Assembly: GCF_009834535.1 (NCBI RefSeq)
Contig: NC_045698.1
Coordinates: 5,892,001-5,956,000 of the forward strand
Origin: Camelus ferus
Lineage: Eukaryota
Direction of reading: 5' to 3'
DNA length: 64,000 nucleotides
The first letter of the stretch is position 1. Every line of letters starts with the position of its first letter. The translations under genes and the position numbers were made by a program. Below are positions 38,950 to 53,433 of this stretch, in pieces. The notes beneath the pieces were generated by a model that ran no database searches, was not told the DNA's origin, and saw only the letters and a list, made by a program, of their open reading frames with translations.

Positions 38950-41190
38950 GCAAAGTATTAGATGTGATATATGTGTAAGTTATGGCATATAATAAAATGA
39001 ACACCCACAAAGTCACTACCCAACTTAACAGGCAGAGCTGTTAGATCTCTCTCTGTGACTATCTTAAGGCTCCTTCTGAGCTCATCCCCCTGTTTCATCC
39101 CTCAAGGAAACCAATAACCTGTGCATTATGTTTATTATTACCTGAATATTTTAGTTCTGATTTTAATGTTTATAATTTTACACCATTAAGAATGATCCTT
39201 TCAATATATGCTTGGGATAAATAGATTTTATCAGATAAATAGGTTTCATTCAATTTCTTGACTTCTAAAATTATATATTTTCACAAATCATGTACAGGCA
39301 TTAAATACTATTTTTTCATCTGTTGAAATAATCATGTTTTTTCTCCTTTAATTGGTTCATGTGGGAATGACATTTACAGATGTGTCTAGTTATAAATTTG
39401 CATTCCAAGTAAAAAACCCAATTTAATTTTTTAAATATACTGAAGGACTCACTTTGGTAATTTTTGTATAAATGTTTAAAACTTTATTGAAAAGTGAGAT
39501 TGAGCTGTATTTTTTTTAAACTCATACTGTTCTTGCCTAGTGTCAAGTTTATTGCCCACTATATACACTGATTTCAAGAATACAAGCTCTTATTTGAGTT
39601 TGGATGAGTTGTGAATGATCTATTTTTGAAATTTAGGCAGAATTCACCATAGATTTATCTTAGCCTGCTATTTTCTTAATGGAAATACTTGGAACCACTG
39701 ATTCAGTTTTTCAATAGTTATATAGCCCCTTACGCTGTCCACCTCTTTTTGAGTTAGTTTGAGTATGTAATTGTATGGAAAAGTTAACATAACTGGCCTG
39801 AGATTGCTTTCCTTACAAAGGCCCTTGTCTGGCAGCTGGGAACGTGGATTTGTGGAAGAGTCCCACTATTTCCCAAGCTGATTAGAGTGACTCATTTTGC
39901 CTAATCTGTTTGTGAAAACAGTGTGGTTTAAGCTGATCACCTGTTTTCCTTCTAGGGCTCTGGAATTTGGGTAACAGCTGGCAGAGCGCCCATGTGACCA
40001 GCCCCCAGTGAAGACTTCGAGCACTGGGTCTGTCCTAAGCTTGCCTGGTAGACAGCACTTCACCTGTGTTGTCACCACTCTTTCCTTGAGGAATGAAACC
40101 TGTCCTGTGGGACTCCACTGGGAGAGGACTCGTGGAGACTTGTGCCTGGCTGCCTCCTGACTCCAGCCTGTGGCCTCTCCTTTGCTCATTTTGCTTTTTA
40201 TCTTTTTGCTGTAATACATCACAGCCCGGAGTATGACTATATGCTGAGCCCTGTGAGCTGTCCTAGCAAATCATCAAACCCAGGGGTGGCCTGGGGGCCA
40301 CGCAACAGAGTAATATATTCCTAGAAAATTTTCTGTTTAATCTACAGTTTCTAATTTACTGTCGTAAATGTGTTCATAGTACCCACGTTATCTTTGTCGT
40401 TTCTCTTTTGTAAGTAAATATGTTCCTTTTATATTAAATGTTTCAAATTTAATATTACTTATTCAGACATTTTTCTTTTTTCCTAATTCATTCGTAAAAG
40501 TTCATCCATTTCTTTAGTCATTTTGAAGAAACTTCTTTTGGATGTGTTGATCCCTTTTATTGCGTCTTGGCTTCCTATTTCATCGCTCTTTGCTCTTATA
40601 TTAATTATCTTCCATTTTCTTTGGTCTTATTCTTCTGTTTTCTTATCTAACTGAAGACCTACATTTAACTCATTAATTATCAGCCCCTTCTCTTCTAACA
40701 TGACTATTTTAAACTATACATTTGTCTCTAAGTTATTTTAATGTCTTCCACAGATTTTGATTTGTAATATTTTCATTACTGTTGAGGTATAATCATATTA
40801 AGTTTTCATTATTATGTCTTCCTGGACCGTTAAATATTTATGTGTGTGTTTTAGTTTCTGCAAATATGAGATATTTTTGTGTATTTTATGTTATTAACCT
40901 CTGATTTAATTTAAATTATTTTTAGAGCATATATTTAATTCTCTAAATTTTTTGGTAACTTTATTTAGGCCTAGTTTATGTTCAGTCTCTTTTAAAGTTT
41001 CAAGTGTGTTTATGAAGAATATTTATTTATGATTTGTCAGGTAGACAATTATATATATATATACACACCCCTATTAAGTCAAATATTAATTATATATTTG
41101 AGATCTATAATTTGCCTAGTTTTCTGACTACTTAACCTAAAAATTATTAAAATACATATGTTGTATTTCCCCCATAATGATGTTTGTGTC
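38950..41190 (-). mobile_element. Old L1 fragments, interrupted by a MER21-like LTR
   Basis: T-rich antisense L1 ORF2-like sequence on both sides of the LTR. Confidence 0.6.
39772..40309 (+). mobile_element. MER21-like solo LTR
   Basis: Starts tgtatggaaaagttaacataactggcctgaga; perfect 5-bp TSD GTAAT (39767-39771 and 40310-40314). Confidence 0.88.
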
Positions 41191-41400
41191 CTCTTATCTC
41201 TGTAGCTTTTCCCGAGTCCAGAACTTAGTCTTCTGAGAACATCACTGACACTAGATTAGCCGTTGGGGAAACACTGCGTTTTGCATTTGTTCACTTCCCC
41301 TACACTCTTATGAGGTTTAAGCTGACTTTTCTTTTTTCTTTCCTGAAAGAAACTGGGAATGGTTATGATGGGAGCTTTCTCTCACTTATGGCAAGTTCAG

Positions 41401-41912
41401 TGTGGCAGATTGAATCACTGGTCCTGAGTCTCTGCTCTGGAAAATGGCCTCACGCCAGGCAGCATACACTAGCACACCACCTGATTCTAGGCTTGTCCGT
41501 GCCCCTTGCTTTGGTCAATAGGACAGTAGTAGATTTGATGCAAATGGAGGTTTGAATGGTACTTGTGTGGCCAAGCTTGCCCTCTTGAACTCCAGTGATC
41601 TGCCATGAGAAGTCTACACCCCAGGCAAACACTGACCCTTCAGCCTGGACCCCAGAATGAGACACATGTTACAGACCAGATGCTGTGAGCAGAAGCTGGT
41701 CCATGGAGAATAAGCAAAACATGAAATAACGTTGAACCTTACCTTCAGCCTGGATCCTAGAACCCAGACCCTAGATAGAGTTCAGTCTTCCCTGGCCAAG
41801 GTGAAGTTAACTCATAGATCAATGAGCATAAGACTAATTTATTGTTATTTCAAGCCCCTGGAGTTGGGGTGATTTGTTACACAGTGCAGTTGAGCCTTTA
41901 TGTAGCCAATAT
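41401..41912 (+). mobile_element. MLT1 (H/I-like) MaLR LTR
   Basis: tgtggcagattg...gctttggtcaatagga...ctgccatgagaa...cagcctggaccccagaatgagacacatg...aagccc.tggagttggggtgatttgttacacag. Confidence 0.75.
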
Positions 41913-44450
41913 ACCCAGCAAATCATTAAAAATATGTTTTGTTTGGTGTATAGATATTTAAGCAAGGAAGGAGAGTTCACAATATCTGCTAGAAACAATT
42001 TTTCATTACTTGATCCTGCTTCCTGCAGTGATGTATGCTCCTTCATACAAAAGAGTTAGCTGGAAAAGCCTTAGCCTACACATCAAGCTATGTAACAAAA
42101 TTACATACATTAATAATTTATATGATTACATACACAGCAAATTGCAAGTAACACAGAGCAAGGCTGCAGTGTGTTTCTGGTATCAACCACCAGCCAGCCC
42201 AGCCTGACCAGCTGTTAGGTGCTGCTTGGGGCCCGCTGAGCAACAACCACCCTACGTGCTTAGACAGTCCAGGCTTCTTAGGACGGAACTGAGATTGCTC
42301 TAGGTCAGCTCTAGTAATTCAACGGCACCTGCCAGAGACTGAGACATGTGACCTACTTCTTGTCCATGACATAATAACTATCACTTACTGAGCCTTTATG
42401 ACGTCCCAGGCACTGTGCTAAAGACGTTTCATGGATTGACCCAATCTCCAAAGCAATTTAGAGACTCGCACTAATCTTATCCCATTGCCCTGAGTTGTGT
42501 AGCAATAAACGGCAGGGATTAGAATATAGACCCAGGGGACCTTCAGGGTCTGCACTAGTTGTGACTCTCTTTTGCCATCCATGCATTCATTCACCCAGCC
42601 AGCAGACTGACATCCATGGAGAGTCTGCCTGCCGCAGCATGTGCAGGGGCAGTAGGGGGACAGATAAGAACACAAGGGCCCCCCCCCCACCTCCCTGAGA
42701 TTTACACTTTAGTCAGGAAAAAAAAAGAGAACATGTTAACAAGTGAACAAGGTGTGTGTATAATGTCAAAATGGGTGAGAGAGAGACAGAGAGGCCGGAG
42801 TGGTGGGTTTGGAGTTTGTTGTAAGTGGGACTGTCAGGAAGACTTCTCTGAGTAGATGCCATTTGAGCAAAGAGTAGATTAGAGGACAGGAGTGAGCCAT
42901 GTCAAGATCTTGAGGAAGAGCATTTTAGAGACACTCTGTGTTGTACCATTTGATTCTTGGCATCAGACGATATTCGTAATTACAGAGATTTTTGAAACTT
43001 CATTGCCTGGACTACTATCTACATTCTGTTTCTCTATCGTCTTTGTTGCAACTGGCTATTGACACGGTTCTGCTTAAGTGCACTGCCAATTCCAGTCATA
43101 TCAGTGACTGCTGGGTGGGGTTTTGCAAGCCTGCGTGATTCTAGGCAGGGAAAAGATCATCTTCCTGTCTGAGGCATGACTTCAACACTCTGCCTCTTTT
43201 ATTTAAAATATGAAACCAATGCCAGGAAAAAAAAAAACTGCACACTCAACACAAATGTTGCTTAAAATTCCAGATCTTCTGCCAAACAATTTTTCCTCAA
43301 TTATCTCACTTACTCCTCATAACCACCCTGTGATGTGTCTGCTGTGAAAACCCTTAAGATTTGGCCATTACCTCTCACTATAGACCTGCCATAGAGCAGT
43401 CATTAGAAGGCACCTTCTCCGTAGCCTACTCTTTCACTGTTCATGCTCGCTTTCCATGGATTTTAGGGTTGGCTAACACCTCTGCTATGAATGTATTTTA
43501 GAATGTAAAAGTAAAACTGAGATATGCTTGAGAGAGACTTCAGTTTGGGAGAGAAGGATTTTGACAAAATTAGTACTTATCTCCATCATTCTTAGGGTAG
43601 ATGGAGAGAAAATATCTGCCTAGAAGAATTTTTTCCTCAAGATTGCCAAACCTACAAAGAATGCAGTGGTAGCAGGAAGGAGGCCCAGGTAAACACAGCT
43701 TTCTAGGTCTTTCTACTAAATGTAAGGCTTAAAATTCCTTTACTAGCAGAGGGTAGAGTCATACCTGGCATATAATAACTGCTCAGTTAATATTTGAGGT
43801 CTAAGGTAACACTTGTGGGAGTATTTTGTGAAATGTCTTCATTACGTGTGTGTGCAAAGAACGTTAGGGCCTTAAGTTTTACCTCTAGATTTGTTAGTGT
43901 TCTCACTGAAATATAACATATACACCAAATAAATATCGAATAAATGCAAGAATCCCAATGCTGCGAAGCTTAATACATGTTATTCATCTTCTTTCATTTT
44001 CCTTCTGGCTACTTTGTTGCTCGATAGTTCTTCTTCCTACTGGTAGAATAGTAAAGACAAAAGAAAATTCTAATGATTTTTTTCCTACCCTTATAGGTTT
44101 CAGTCATTGTAACCACAGAATAGAGCAGAATAAAGTGTTCCCCTCCATATCACTTCTCCTATTTATAATTTTGCTTTTTGTTTGTTTGCAATAATAGGTA
44201 GTTTTATATGGACAAAATTCATAAGGTTTATATACAAAAAAATCCATTTCTGTTGTCTCCCAGTCTTGCTGTTCCTCTCCCTGAATTCAATCCATGTTAA
44301 GCATTTTGTTTGTTTTTGACAAGAAATAATAGATTTTTTTCAAAGTGTTTTGGGGGGAAGTTGTGTTTGAATACCTGTTCAGTTTAATTAACATCATGTA
44401 GTATAGAGTGAGTAATGTCTATTCTGATCATTACTTACTCTCCTACATAG

Positions 44451-44522
44451 ACGTGGAAACATCTTGTTTTGTTAAGGATAACGAATCTGTACTGATACTT
44501 CTCAAAGAAGTGAACATATAAG
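44451..44522 (+). other. Probable non-coding 5' UTR exon (72 nt)
   Basis: Acceptor ttacttactctcctacatag| and donor AAG|GTATTT; no ATG, stops in all three frames. Confidence 0.55.
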
Positions 44523-46350
44523 GTATTTTAAAATGTACTTTAATTTTGGAAAAATGTCTCTTGTTATATACTGTTAAAATGTTTATGTAAATTTAAATAG
44601 TACAAAGTTACAACCTATGGGTTATATTCCGTGAAAGTGTCTTAGCTACCTGGACTGAGATCCAAATTGAAAAAAAAAAAACAAAACAGGTCATTAAATG
44701 GATAAATTGAACTCAAAGGTCTCTACCCGGATGCTCTGCAACCTCAAGACCTTCCACTGATATCTGAAAGTCCTTCCAACTTTGGGAAGGGAAAAAAGTA
44801 TTGGCATTTAGTTCAGGCCCATACAAGATAAAGTGAAGAGGACCATTTGGCTTCTGAAGGGTAGATGGTCATGGGTTTACATTTTAGATAGGATTTCTAA
44901 GAGAGTGATTTAAATATGAGTTTTTAGTGTGGAACTCTTAATGAATTCTCACTCTTCTTTTTGACCTTGGCTCATGTCCCTGCCCAGCTGGAGGCTCTCA
45001 TTTTAATGAGACAATATTGCAATTCTGAGCAGCAGGCCCTGCTTTGAAACAGTCCCACCCTCTTGCAAAAAAGCTCAAAGCTGCTGTCATGAAAGTACAG
45101 CCGATTAAGAAATTATTCCTTCAAATGAAGAAAAAAAAGTTCCATAAGGGGCTTAGCATTGAGAAAGTTTAATTTTAAAAGAAAAAATCCCCCCTCCTCT
45201 AATCTCCCTCGATGTCCTGACTTTGAAGATGCTTACATCAGCAGTGACCATGGTTCTATGCTTTATTTTCAGTCACCATCTTATTTTTCTGACTCTAATT
45301 TGCATTTCATAAAGATAACAGGCAAAGGCATTTCTGGCCTTCTGAATAATTAATTGTAACTTTCTAGCAGTGCATTTCAAAAGGCCAGGAGGGAGAAAGT
45401 ATTCACAATAAAAGCTGAAGAGTAGGGATGTGACTTACCGAATTCTCCCAGCTATTCAGACATATTCATGGACCACCTAAACTTGGAAGTTTACCTAATC
45501 CTAATTCTATCCCTAACTGAATTCTGTCCCATATTATTGAGCTTGAATTAAAGGTGCCTTTTGTATCTATTTGACAGAGGAGAGCTTTTTGTAGTAAAAT
45601 ATTTTATTGGTTGAGTGTTAATGATCAGTTCTAAGAATGGCCCCAACAGAAATTGACCCGAGTTTGCTCAAGTTTGATTCTACTTTTGTACTTTGCATGA
45701 TAATTACTTTCAGATTCTGGAAACAAATAAGTTATATGCTATTTGTTTGTGAAACTTCTATAAGAGTAAATGGTAGACTTTAAATATATTACATATATAA
45801 AGATTTAATTCCAATTTAACTTTTAAACATTCTTAAAAAATCTTTGCTGAACTGTTGTCCTTACAATTTCCTCAATGTAAAGGCAATATAAATTAAACTT
45901 AAGAGCTTTAATTCTCCTTATGGAAAATAGAAAGATGTCTCCCCCTCTTAGAGCATTTACTTAAGAAAGCCCGTAGCTGTAAGTACTTTCTCTGTCTCTT
46001 TGAAATGTATGTAAATCTTATTACAAGCTACATAGGCCTCTTGACAACTTTATAACCTCAGAATATCTTTTTCCAGCACCTGGGAGCCATCTCCTTGAAA
46101 TGAAAGCATCTAGGAAGACACGTCCCTATTTCCCACTTTCAGTGAAAGGGGAAGAACCTAACCTTGGTGGGCACCTGGCTCCAACTTTCAAAACTGCCTC
46201 TGTCATAAAAATACAAGGAATTTATTTTTCCTTTAAATAAAGCCAATCAAGTAACAGATGGTAACCCTTATTACCAAGTGTATTTAGGATGAACTATGTG
46301 TGACAAATAGCCCTGTCAGTTTAAGGACTAGTTATTGTTTATCTTGAGAA

Positions 46351-49300
46351 TGTAGGAAAGAATTTTTCTCTCACTTTCCAAGGTTCCTTTCGCTGGTCTA
46401 ATTATCAAATCAACATAAGAGAGAGTAACAGGGGGAGAAATCAAATTTAATTCTTATGTAGGGGAACACCACATACATGAGATAATCAAAGACAGGACAA
46501 TAAAATGAGGTACATATACCATCCTAAGCTAAGAAATGGGGTAGGGGTCTCAGGTTTCTAAGGACAGAAGGGTAATTTACAGGCTGACCAGGAAAAGAGC
46601 CGATGTTGGGTGATTTTTTGCCCTGCCATATAGATAGGCCATTCAGATAAAGTTTATCTCTGGTAATAACAATTATTCTGGAAAGACTCTCAATTTAAAT
46701 ACTTTTAGATAGCTATGGGCAGAGGCAGAGTTTTCTCTTGAGCCCACAGGGTTTTGATTGACTTTAGCTTAGAATACTCCACATGCCATAGTGGCGTATT
46801 TTGGGGGAGGCTTATTCTGAACTCCCTCAGTCATGCCTTTGAAACATCTTCAAACAGTTTCACAGTCTGGAAGTTGAGTTGGGAGGTTTTTCCATCTCAG
46901 TGAACCAGTCAGTCCTCAGAGTAGAGTGTCATGTCTCATTTCAGAAGCCGGTAATGCAGGAGGGCTCCCAAAGTTAGGACTTTGGTGCAAGCAATCAGGT
47001 ATTTAATAAGAGGCATTTGTATGGCAACGAAAGAAATGAAACGGTGTATGATTGGAGCGGACTTTAATGCCAGTATTTGAGTTCTGAAGGCAGCCAGCCA
47101 AGAAAATTTCTAGATGTCCAACTTGAAGCATCTTCAGGTAGAGTAAGGGCAGGCAGTGACAATCTGATATATTTTCCTGGTTTGCACTTTGAATGTCTCT
47201 GGTGATCTTTCTGAGTGGCTACACAGCAACAGGCGTGAAGATTATCCATGCATGAGCTGTGGTGGAGATTATCTTAAAGTTTATATCAAGCTTGCCTGGC
47301 TTTGGAAAAAGGGCTGTTTTAGTTCTTAATAATTCCAAGTCAGAAGGGAGAATAATTGGAAATGTTGGTTTGGAGAGTTATAGCCAAATATTTGAGGACA
47401 CTAGAAGAATTCTGGATCTGATCTAATTTTCAGGTAGAAAATAAAACATTGAAAGAGAATGGATATTACTAGAATCTAATATTCACAAGTGTGTATTACT
47501 GAAACATAATGTTTCTCTCTCAAATTGCCCTCATTTTTACCAAAGGTAGCCAAAGTAAGACTAATTTGTTTGCAAAGTAAGTCCAGTTTCACTAAACTTG
47601 GCCTGATTGTTTACATAAGTGTAACAAAAATAGTGATTGATTACATAGGCTTTTAAAATTCTGCTTTGCTGAAATTTTTCAAAAGGAATCTCAGATTGAA
47701 CTTTGAAAAACCTCTCGAGGCCAGGAAAGCCAAGCCAAAGACTTACCATCAAATTTTGCTTGCAATAGCTGTAGATCTGGGTTAATTCCTCTCTTCTTGA
47801 GGTCCCGAGAAGATCTTGAGGTTTCTGGGCCTGCCAGGAAGTGACCCTCCTTACTCACCTGGCAGGGCTGCTAAGAACCCAATAAGCAAGGTAGCAGGCT
47901 GTTCTTCCAAGGAGCTGTATTGGCTTCATAAAGTCAGCCTTAGTTCCTTAAAGCTGTTGGGCTACTATATCTGAGTCTATGCAGATCTGTCTCAAATATG
48001 ACAGTCCAGTCAAAGTCTTGGTTAAATAACCAGATTCCAATTGTATCCCATTACATGGAAAACAGATTCTTACTGAACTTATTCAGATAACTATTTTGCC
48101 ATAAAAATAAGAATATTCATAAGTATTTCTGAACTCTGGAGGGATCAGTAGGGGGAAAAAGATTAATGTTTCATCTTTGTTTACAGGGGTCTACTTTGTC
48201 AAATTGCTGCAAGTCAAAGATAGCTTGAGAGAGAATTTTTTTTTAAATCTGGAAAAGCAAAACATAAAATAACCAGAAATGTTTAAAACAAAAAGGTCAT
48301 AAAAATTATAATCATCTTTATCAATTCATTCAGTCCCATGCAATTAATTCTTGATCTTGATCTTTTGTTAGCAGTTTTATGAAACCAATAGTTTCTTCAT
48401 TAGAGTTTATAAATTTCTACCCAGTTCAATGATGAGATCTGAAAGTTTATCAGAAATCTGTATTTTAGAATAAATGTCAGAGTCTTCTCCATGGATCTCT
48501 CTAAAGATGAAACATATTTGTAAAAACACCAGAGTAAACAATTAACTATCTGTAAAAAGACTTTAAAACTGGCCATGGTTGATAAGAGTTTATTACAATG
48601 CAATTGACAGGAAATTGGATTATTCTGTGATATACAACATTTTAGGATAATAACTAGATTACAATTGATAACATTATACCAAGACATATTAGCAAGACAT
48701 ATAAGACTTCTAGGAATTTCATATTTCTGTAACACTTACAGTAAGAAGACACATCCACACAAATGTAATCTAAGAAGGTTTTAGTGTCTCAGTGCTTCCC
48801 GTGAAATTTAACATATCAAATAGGCTTGATTAGTATAATACCCCTCTTTTTAAAAGGAGAGAGAACAAATATTTTGAGATGGTTCAGGGGAATCTTTGAA
48901 AATTTCCAAAGTTTGAAAATTCCAAAGTTAGAGATCAAAAGGACTTAATTTAGAATTTGATTTTCTGAAGTTTGCCCCAAAAATATCAAACAGGTTTGGA
49001 CACTTGACTAAATAGGATCACAAATCATTATGAAATAATATGTAATTATATATTTGATTAAAGCAATAATAAAAAATGTCAAAGGCAAGTACAAAAGATT
49101 ACATAGTTGTAAGCAAAACGTAGCTCTTTTAGTATTAAGAACACTCAGTTTTCTTCAGTAATCAAAGATCTACTAAAGACAAAATTATTTTGATAAAACA
49201 CAAAATCTTTGCTTTCTAGGCAGATTTCTTAAAGGAAAGAAAGGGGGAAAAAAACCAGCCTTGTATAATTTCTTATCAGGAGCAGGCCAATAGTTCAATA

Positions 49301-52300
49301 AAATTTTGTCCTTGCAACAGATGAAAAAAAATTAAGTTCCAGTTTTACATAAGTATACCATTAGATACTAAAGCTTAATTTCATAACCCTTATGATAAAT
49401 TCGTTCAATTTTGGCCAACGTGACCACACAAGTCAAGTTTCTCTCTCCTCGCTCTCTCTCTTTCTCTTTATCTCTAGCAAAACACATCTCCATATCTCAG
49501 ACCTGCTCTTAATCAAAAATATATCCTAATTGCCTTGCATAGAGTTATTTCTACAATTAATAGCCTTAATTACATATATTAACTAAAATCTTTAATATGT
49601 AGAAAACTTAATTTCTAGTGAAAATGAAGAAGTAAGCAATTGTGAACTTTTACATTAGCATTCTGTGGATTGGCAGATTTATAAATAATTTCATAATATC
49701 TAGAAAAATGTACTTTCTTACTGAAATTTCTCAGTGTGACACCAAACATGTTTATTATAAGTCCCAAGTATCTTTTCTTTCTCTGTAATAGGAAGCCGAA
49801 AGTGGATAAACCTATGTTCAGTAATTGATGTTTCAGTATTTTATCTTACCTTAGAATGATCTGGATATTCAATGACTATCCATCATTTAATTTAACTTAG
49901 CAACACTTTAAGATTTCAAACTACCAAGATTTTGAGAAATTATTTTAAAAGTTCACCTAGAAAATTTTATCTCACTTACATCCACTTAATTTACTTATTT
50001 GCAACAATTACGTTTAGATTTCTTATGAAAATTTTATCATGCCATGTTATTTTTCTTGCTGACAAATTTTGTAACAGACATAGCATAAGCTTATTTGACT
50101 TTGAGTAAACTTAAGTAGAATAAAAGTACTATTCTTAACATTGATAACTCAAAAGATATGTCTGTATTAATAAAATTAACAAACTTAAACTAGTTTTTAT
50201 TTACTGAAATTATTCTAGATCACATGAACTTGAACAACATTTGTGTCAATTTCTTTTATATTTCCTTAGAATTTAATTTAAATATAAGTTCTTATTTATT
50301 TAAGGAAATTACAAGTTAATTTTGGCAATACTGTCTATAGGTAGAAAAATACAATATTTATAATGTACATACATAGACATTCATTAAACATAGAGATAGG
50401 CACAAACAAAAATCTTATAACTTTCATTTAAAAATATTTTGGTCATGTATTAGGCATAAAAATATAAAACTCACTTGTTATAGATAACAGCTGGAGTAAG
50501 TTAAGTTTATCTGCTCAAATGGCTTAAACTTTTTCTACTAATATTTGTGGACAAGTCACTTGTCCTTGAATTAGATTTAGGGCAAGGATGCTTCTATAGA
50601 AATTTGTACTTTTGAAAGGCCTTTTTTCCCTGTCAGTCTTAGGAGTTGATGATGTTCTAGATAAAAGTTTCCAGAGAGGTTACAAACCTTTTGCTAGAGC
50701 TGTATTTCTACTTTTGCAAAGTTTTATACAATAAGGGCAGTTGCTTTTACTTCTTCAGAGAATTGGATTGTAACTTAAATGACATTATATGTTGATCCAC
50801 CCATCTAACTATATTATTCTCAATTTGCTTCTTTCCACCTGGATACATGGATTTATTTTAACTTAGGGGAGAAGCCCTAAGAAAATTCCTGTCATTCCCT
50901 ACGGCCTCCCATCTTATTTTCTGCCCTTTTTATTTACCTGTTAATCTCAGGAGGAAATCCATTTATAAAAAAACTTCTAAAAACTCTCTCTGGTTTTAAG
51001 AAATTCTTTAACTATGGCCCTTGATTTGGCCTTTAACCAGAAGAGAAGGAACTCTGAATGGGTCACCTGTAGTCTCAGATGGTCTTATTTTAAAAGATAG
51101 CTGTTTTAATAATCTCTTCAGAGTGAAAGGCAACTCAGACAGAAAATTAGCAAAATGTGAGTGCTCAGGAAAAGAAAGACGGAGGGGAGCAAGTGCCATG
51201 CCAGTCTCAAATGTCCTTGGATTTGAGTACCTCCTGTGTCTTTAACTCCTCACTAGCCTTTACAACAGATCTTTCATTAAAGCTATTTTTGAATTTTGAA
51301 AACTTTTGGAGGCTCCTACATACCATTTAAAATAAGTAGCTCATTCTATTGAATATAACAAAAAAGAAGTTGACTGATAGGTATAGAAAACACACTAGTG
51401 GTTACTGTGGGGAGAGGGAAGGGAAGGGGCAGGATAGGGGTAGGGGATTCAGAGGTGCAAACCATTATGGGTAAAATAAGCTACAAGGATATATTGTACA
51501 ACACAGAGAGTATAGCCAATGTTTTATAATAACTACAAATGGAGTAAACCTTTACAACTGTGAATCACCATATACTGCACCTTTAACTTATATAATATTG
51601 TACATCAACTATACTTCAATAAAATAAAATAGGTATCTCATCTCTTTTGCTTGATTTGGATGCCCTTGCTTCTAAATTCACTTTTTAACTAATCTTGGCA
51701 GTTGGAAGATCCCTCAAAGCGGCCATTGTAATTCTAGGCTGTAATTCCTCTGACTGCTATAGCAGCAGTTTAGTTTAACCCACCTTCCCATCCAGCCACG
51801 CCAAGCTGCAAGTGACGTGCAGCCCACATCCTTATCTGGTCATATTTTGGGATCCCCAGCCTGATGGTTACTAAGCCAAGTTCTCAGGACAAAAACTTCT
51901 GGATAAATCCTAGATTGTCTTGGTAAGATTTTGTCTTTTTTTTTTTTTTTTTTTTTTTCTTTTTGGTAGATAATCATACCTCCCAGAAACAGTTCTTAGA
52001 TAAAATTAGCAGGTGTGCCAGAAGGTGGCCTGCTTAACTCCTTGGATTTTAAGAAGGGGGATGTTATATTGGAGGTGGTGTTTCATTTTTGTTCTTTTAT
52101 TTTGTCATGGGAGTCCCTAAGGTTAACTTCTATACTTCTTTGTGTCCAGTGTTTAATTTGGTCTTTCCATAGGCACCAATAAGACAATTGTTTAGAATTC
52201 CAATTCAAAAGATCCATTGTCTGGCTGTGGATGAGTAGAATCTATTAATCTCAATGGCAACTCAAATCAATAAACCTTTTTATGGCTTAAACAAGGACGC

Positions 52301-53433
52301 AAGAAAGGCCCCAGAAGAGAGCGCAAGTAAAACGGCCCTCACAAGATCCAGAAATTTCACTTCCAGAATTGCCCTAAGAAAGACTTATTACTGGCCCTGG
52401 TTTTGAACAGCTATTTCATAACTCAGAGAATCTAGTGTTTCCCTCCTTTTTTGAACAGAATGGAGTGCCTTACCAAGCCAAAAGTTCACTTTTTTTTTTT
52501 TTTTAAAGATTTCTTAAGCTTGGTTTACACACAGACCATTTGGCTGTCTGCCAGGTACAGATGCCTCCTCTGGCTGGTGGGGACCAGAGAGAATATTTTC
52601 TCTTGTCATAAGGCAGACAAATGGTCATCGCTGGGAGAAAAAAAGATCAACAAACTCCACGAGCACTCCTGTACCGAACAGCCAGGAGTCTATAAGCCCA
52701 AGGAAGTGATTTCACAAATATTTCCTACTAATTTAAATCTAAATTTAGAAAAGGTTAAAAAAAAATAGGGGGAAGGGTCTCTCACCATTTTGCTTCCACT
52801 GAACTCTGCAGGTGGAAACCTGGGAGTCTGATGTGAGAATTCTCACTTTGGCTGCTCTTGTCAGAGGTTCCAGGATGTTTCTACTACAGCAGCTTTGTGG
52901 GGAGCAGTGCCCAGGCAGTGGAGTCATCTGCCTGGCTCACCAAAACCGCGGAGGGAAAAACATTTCCCTCTACCCTTCAGAGTTTCCTTCAGTTGGTCTA
53001 ATCATCAAATCGACATGAGACAGATTAACAGGAGAGAAGCCTAATTTAACTTTATACGTACAGGAACCCCACATATGTGAGAGGTGCAGGGACACAAAGA
53101 TAAAGTGGGGTGGACATGCCTTCCTGAGATAAGGAAGGGATAGAGGCCTGGGGTTTCCAAGGACAGGAAGGCCATTCACAGGGCCATGAGGAGAAGAGCA
53201 GGTGCTGGGTAATCAGATGTTTGTTCTGCCATACAGATGGGACACTCTGATCAAATGTATCCCTGGTAATACCATTATTCTGGGAAAGATCCCCAATTTA
53301 AATCCTTCTAGATAGTTAAGGGGAGAGGGGCCAAATCTTCTCTCGAAACCGCAGGCTCTCTATTGCCCTTAATTCAAAATAATCCACATGCCACGATGAC
53401 ACATTCTGGGGAGACTCTTTCTGAATCCCTCCA
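46351..53433 (-). mobile_element. Two-LTR MER34-like ERV1 provirus, non-coding (3' LTR 46351-46829, 5' LTR 52947-53433)
   Basis: Two homologous direct-repeat LTRs; AGAA TSD (46347-46350 and 53434-53437); tRNA-Arg-like PBS at 52925-52942; AT-rich interior without long ORFs. Confidence 0.88.
51345..51625 (+). mobile_element. 5'-truncated L1 3' end of artiodactyl type, inserted in the provirus
   Basis: aaaataagctacaaggatatattgtacaacacag...tgtacatcaactatacttcaataaaa; 16-bp TSD aaaataagtagctcat / aaaataggtatctcat. Confidence 0.88.

Noticed and set aside
46830..52946. Provirus interior as a coding gag/pol/env or HEMO-like gene
   Set aside because: The longest ORFs are ~110 aa with no recognisable gag or pol motifs; only a faint env-like trace remains
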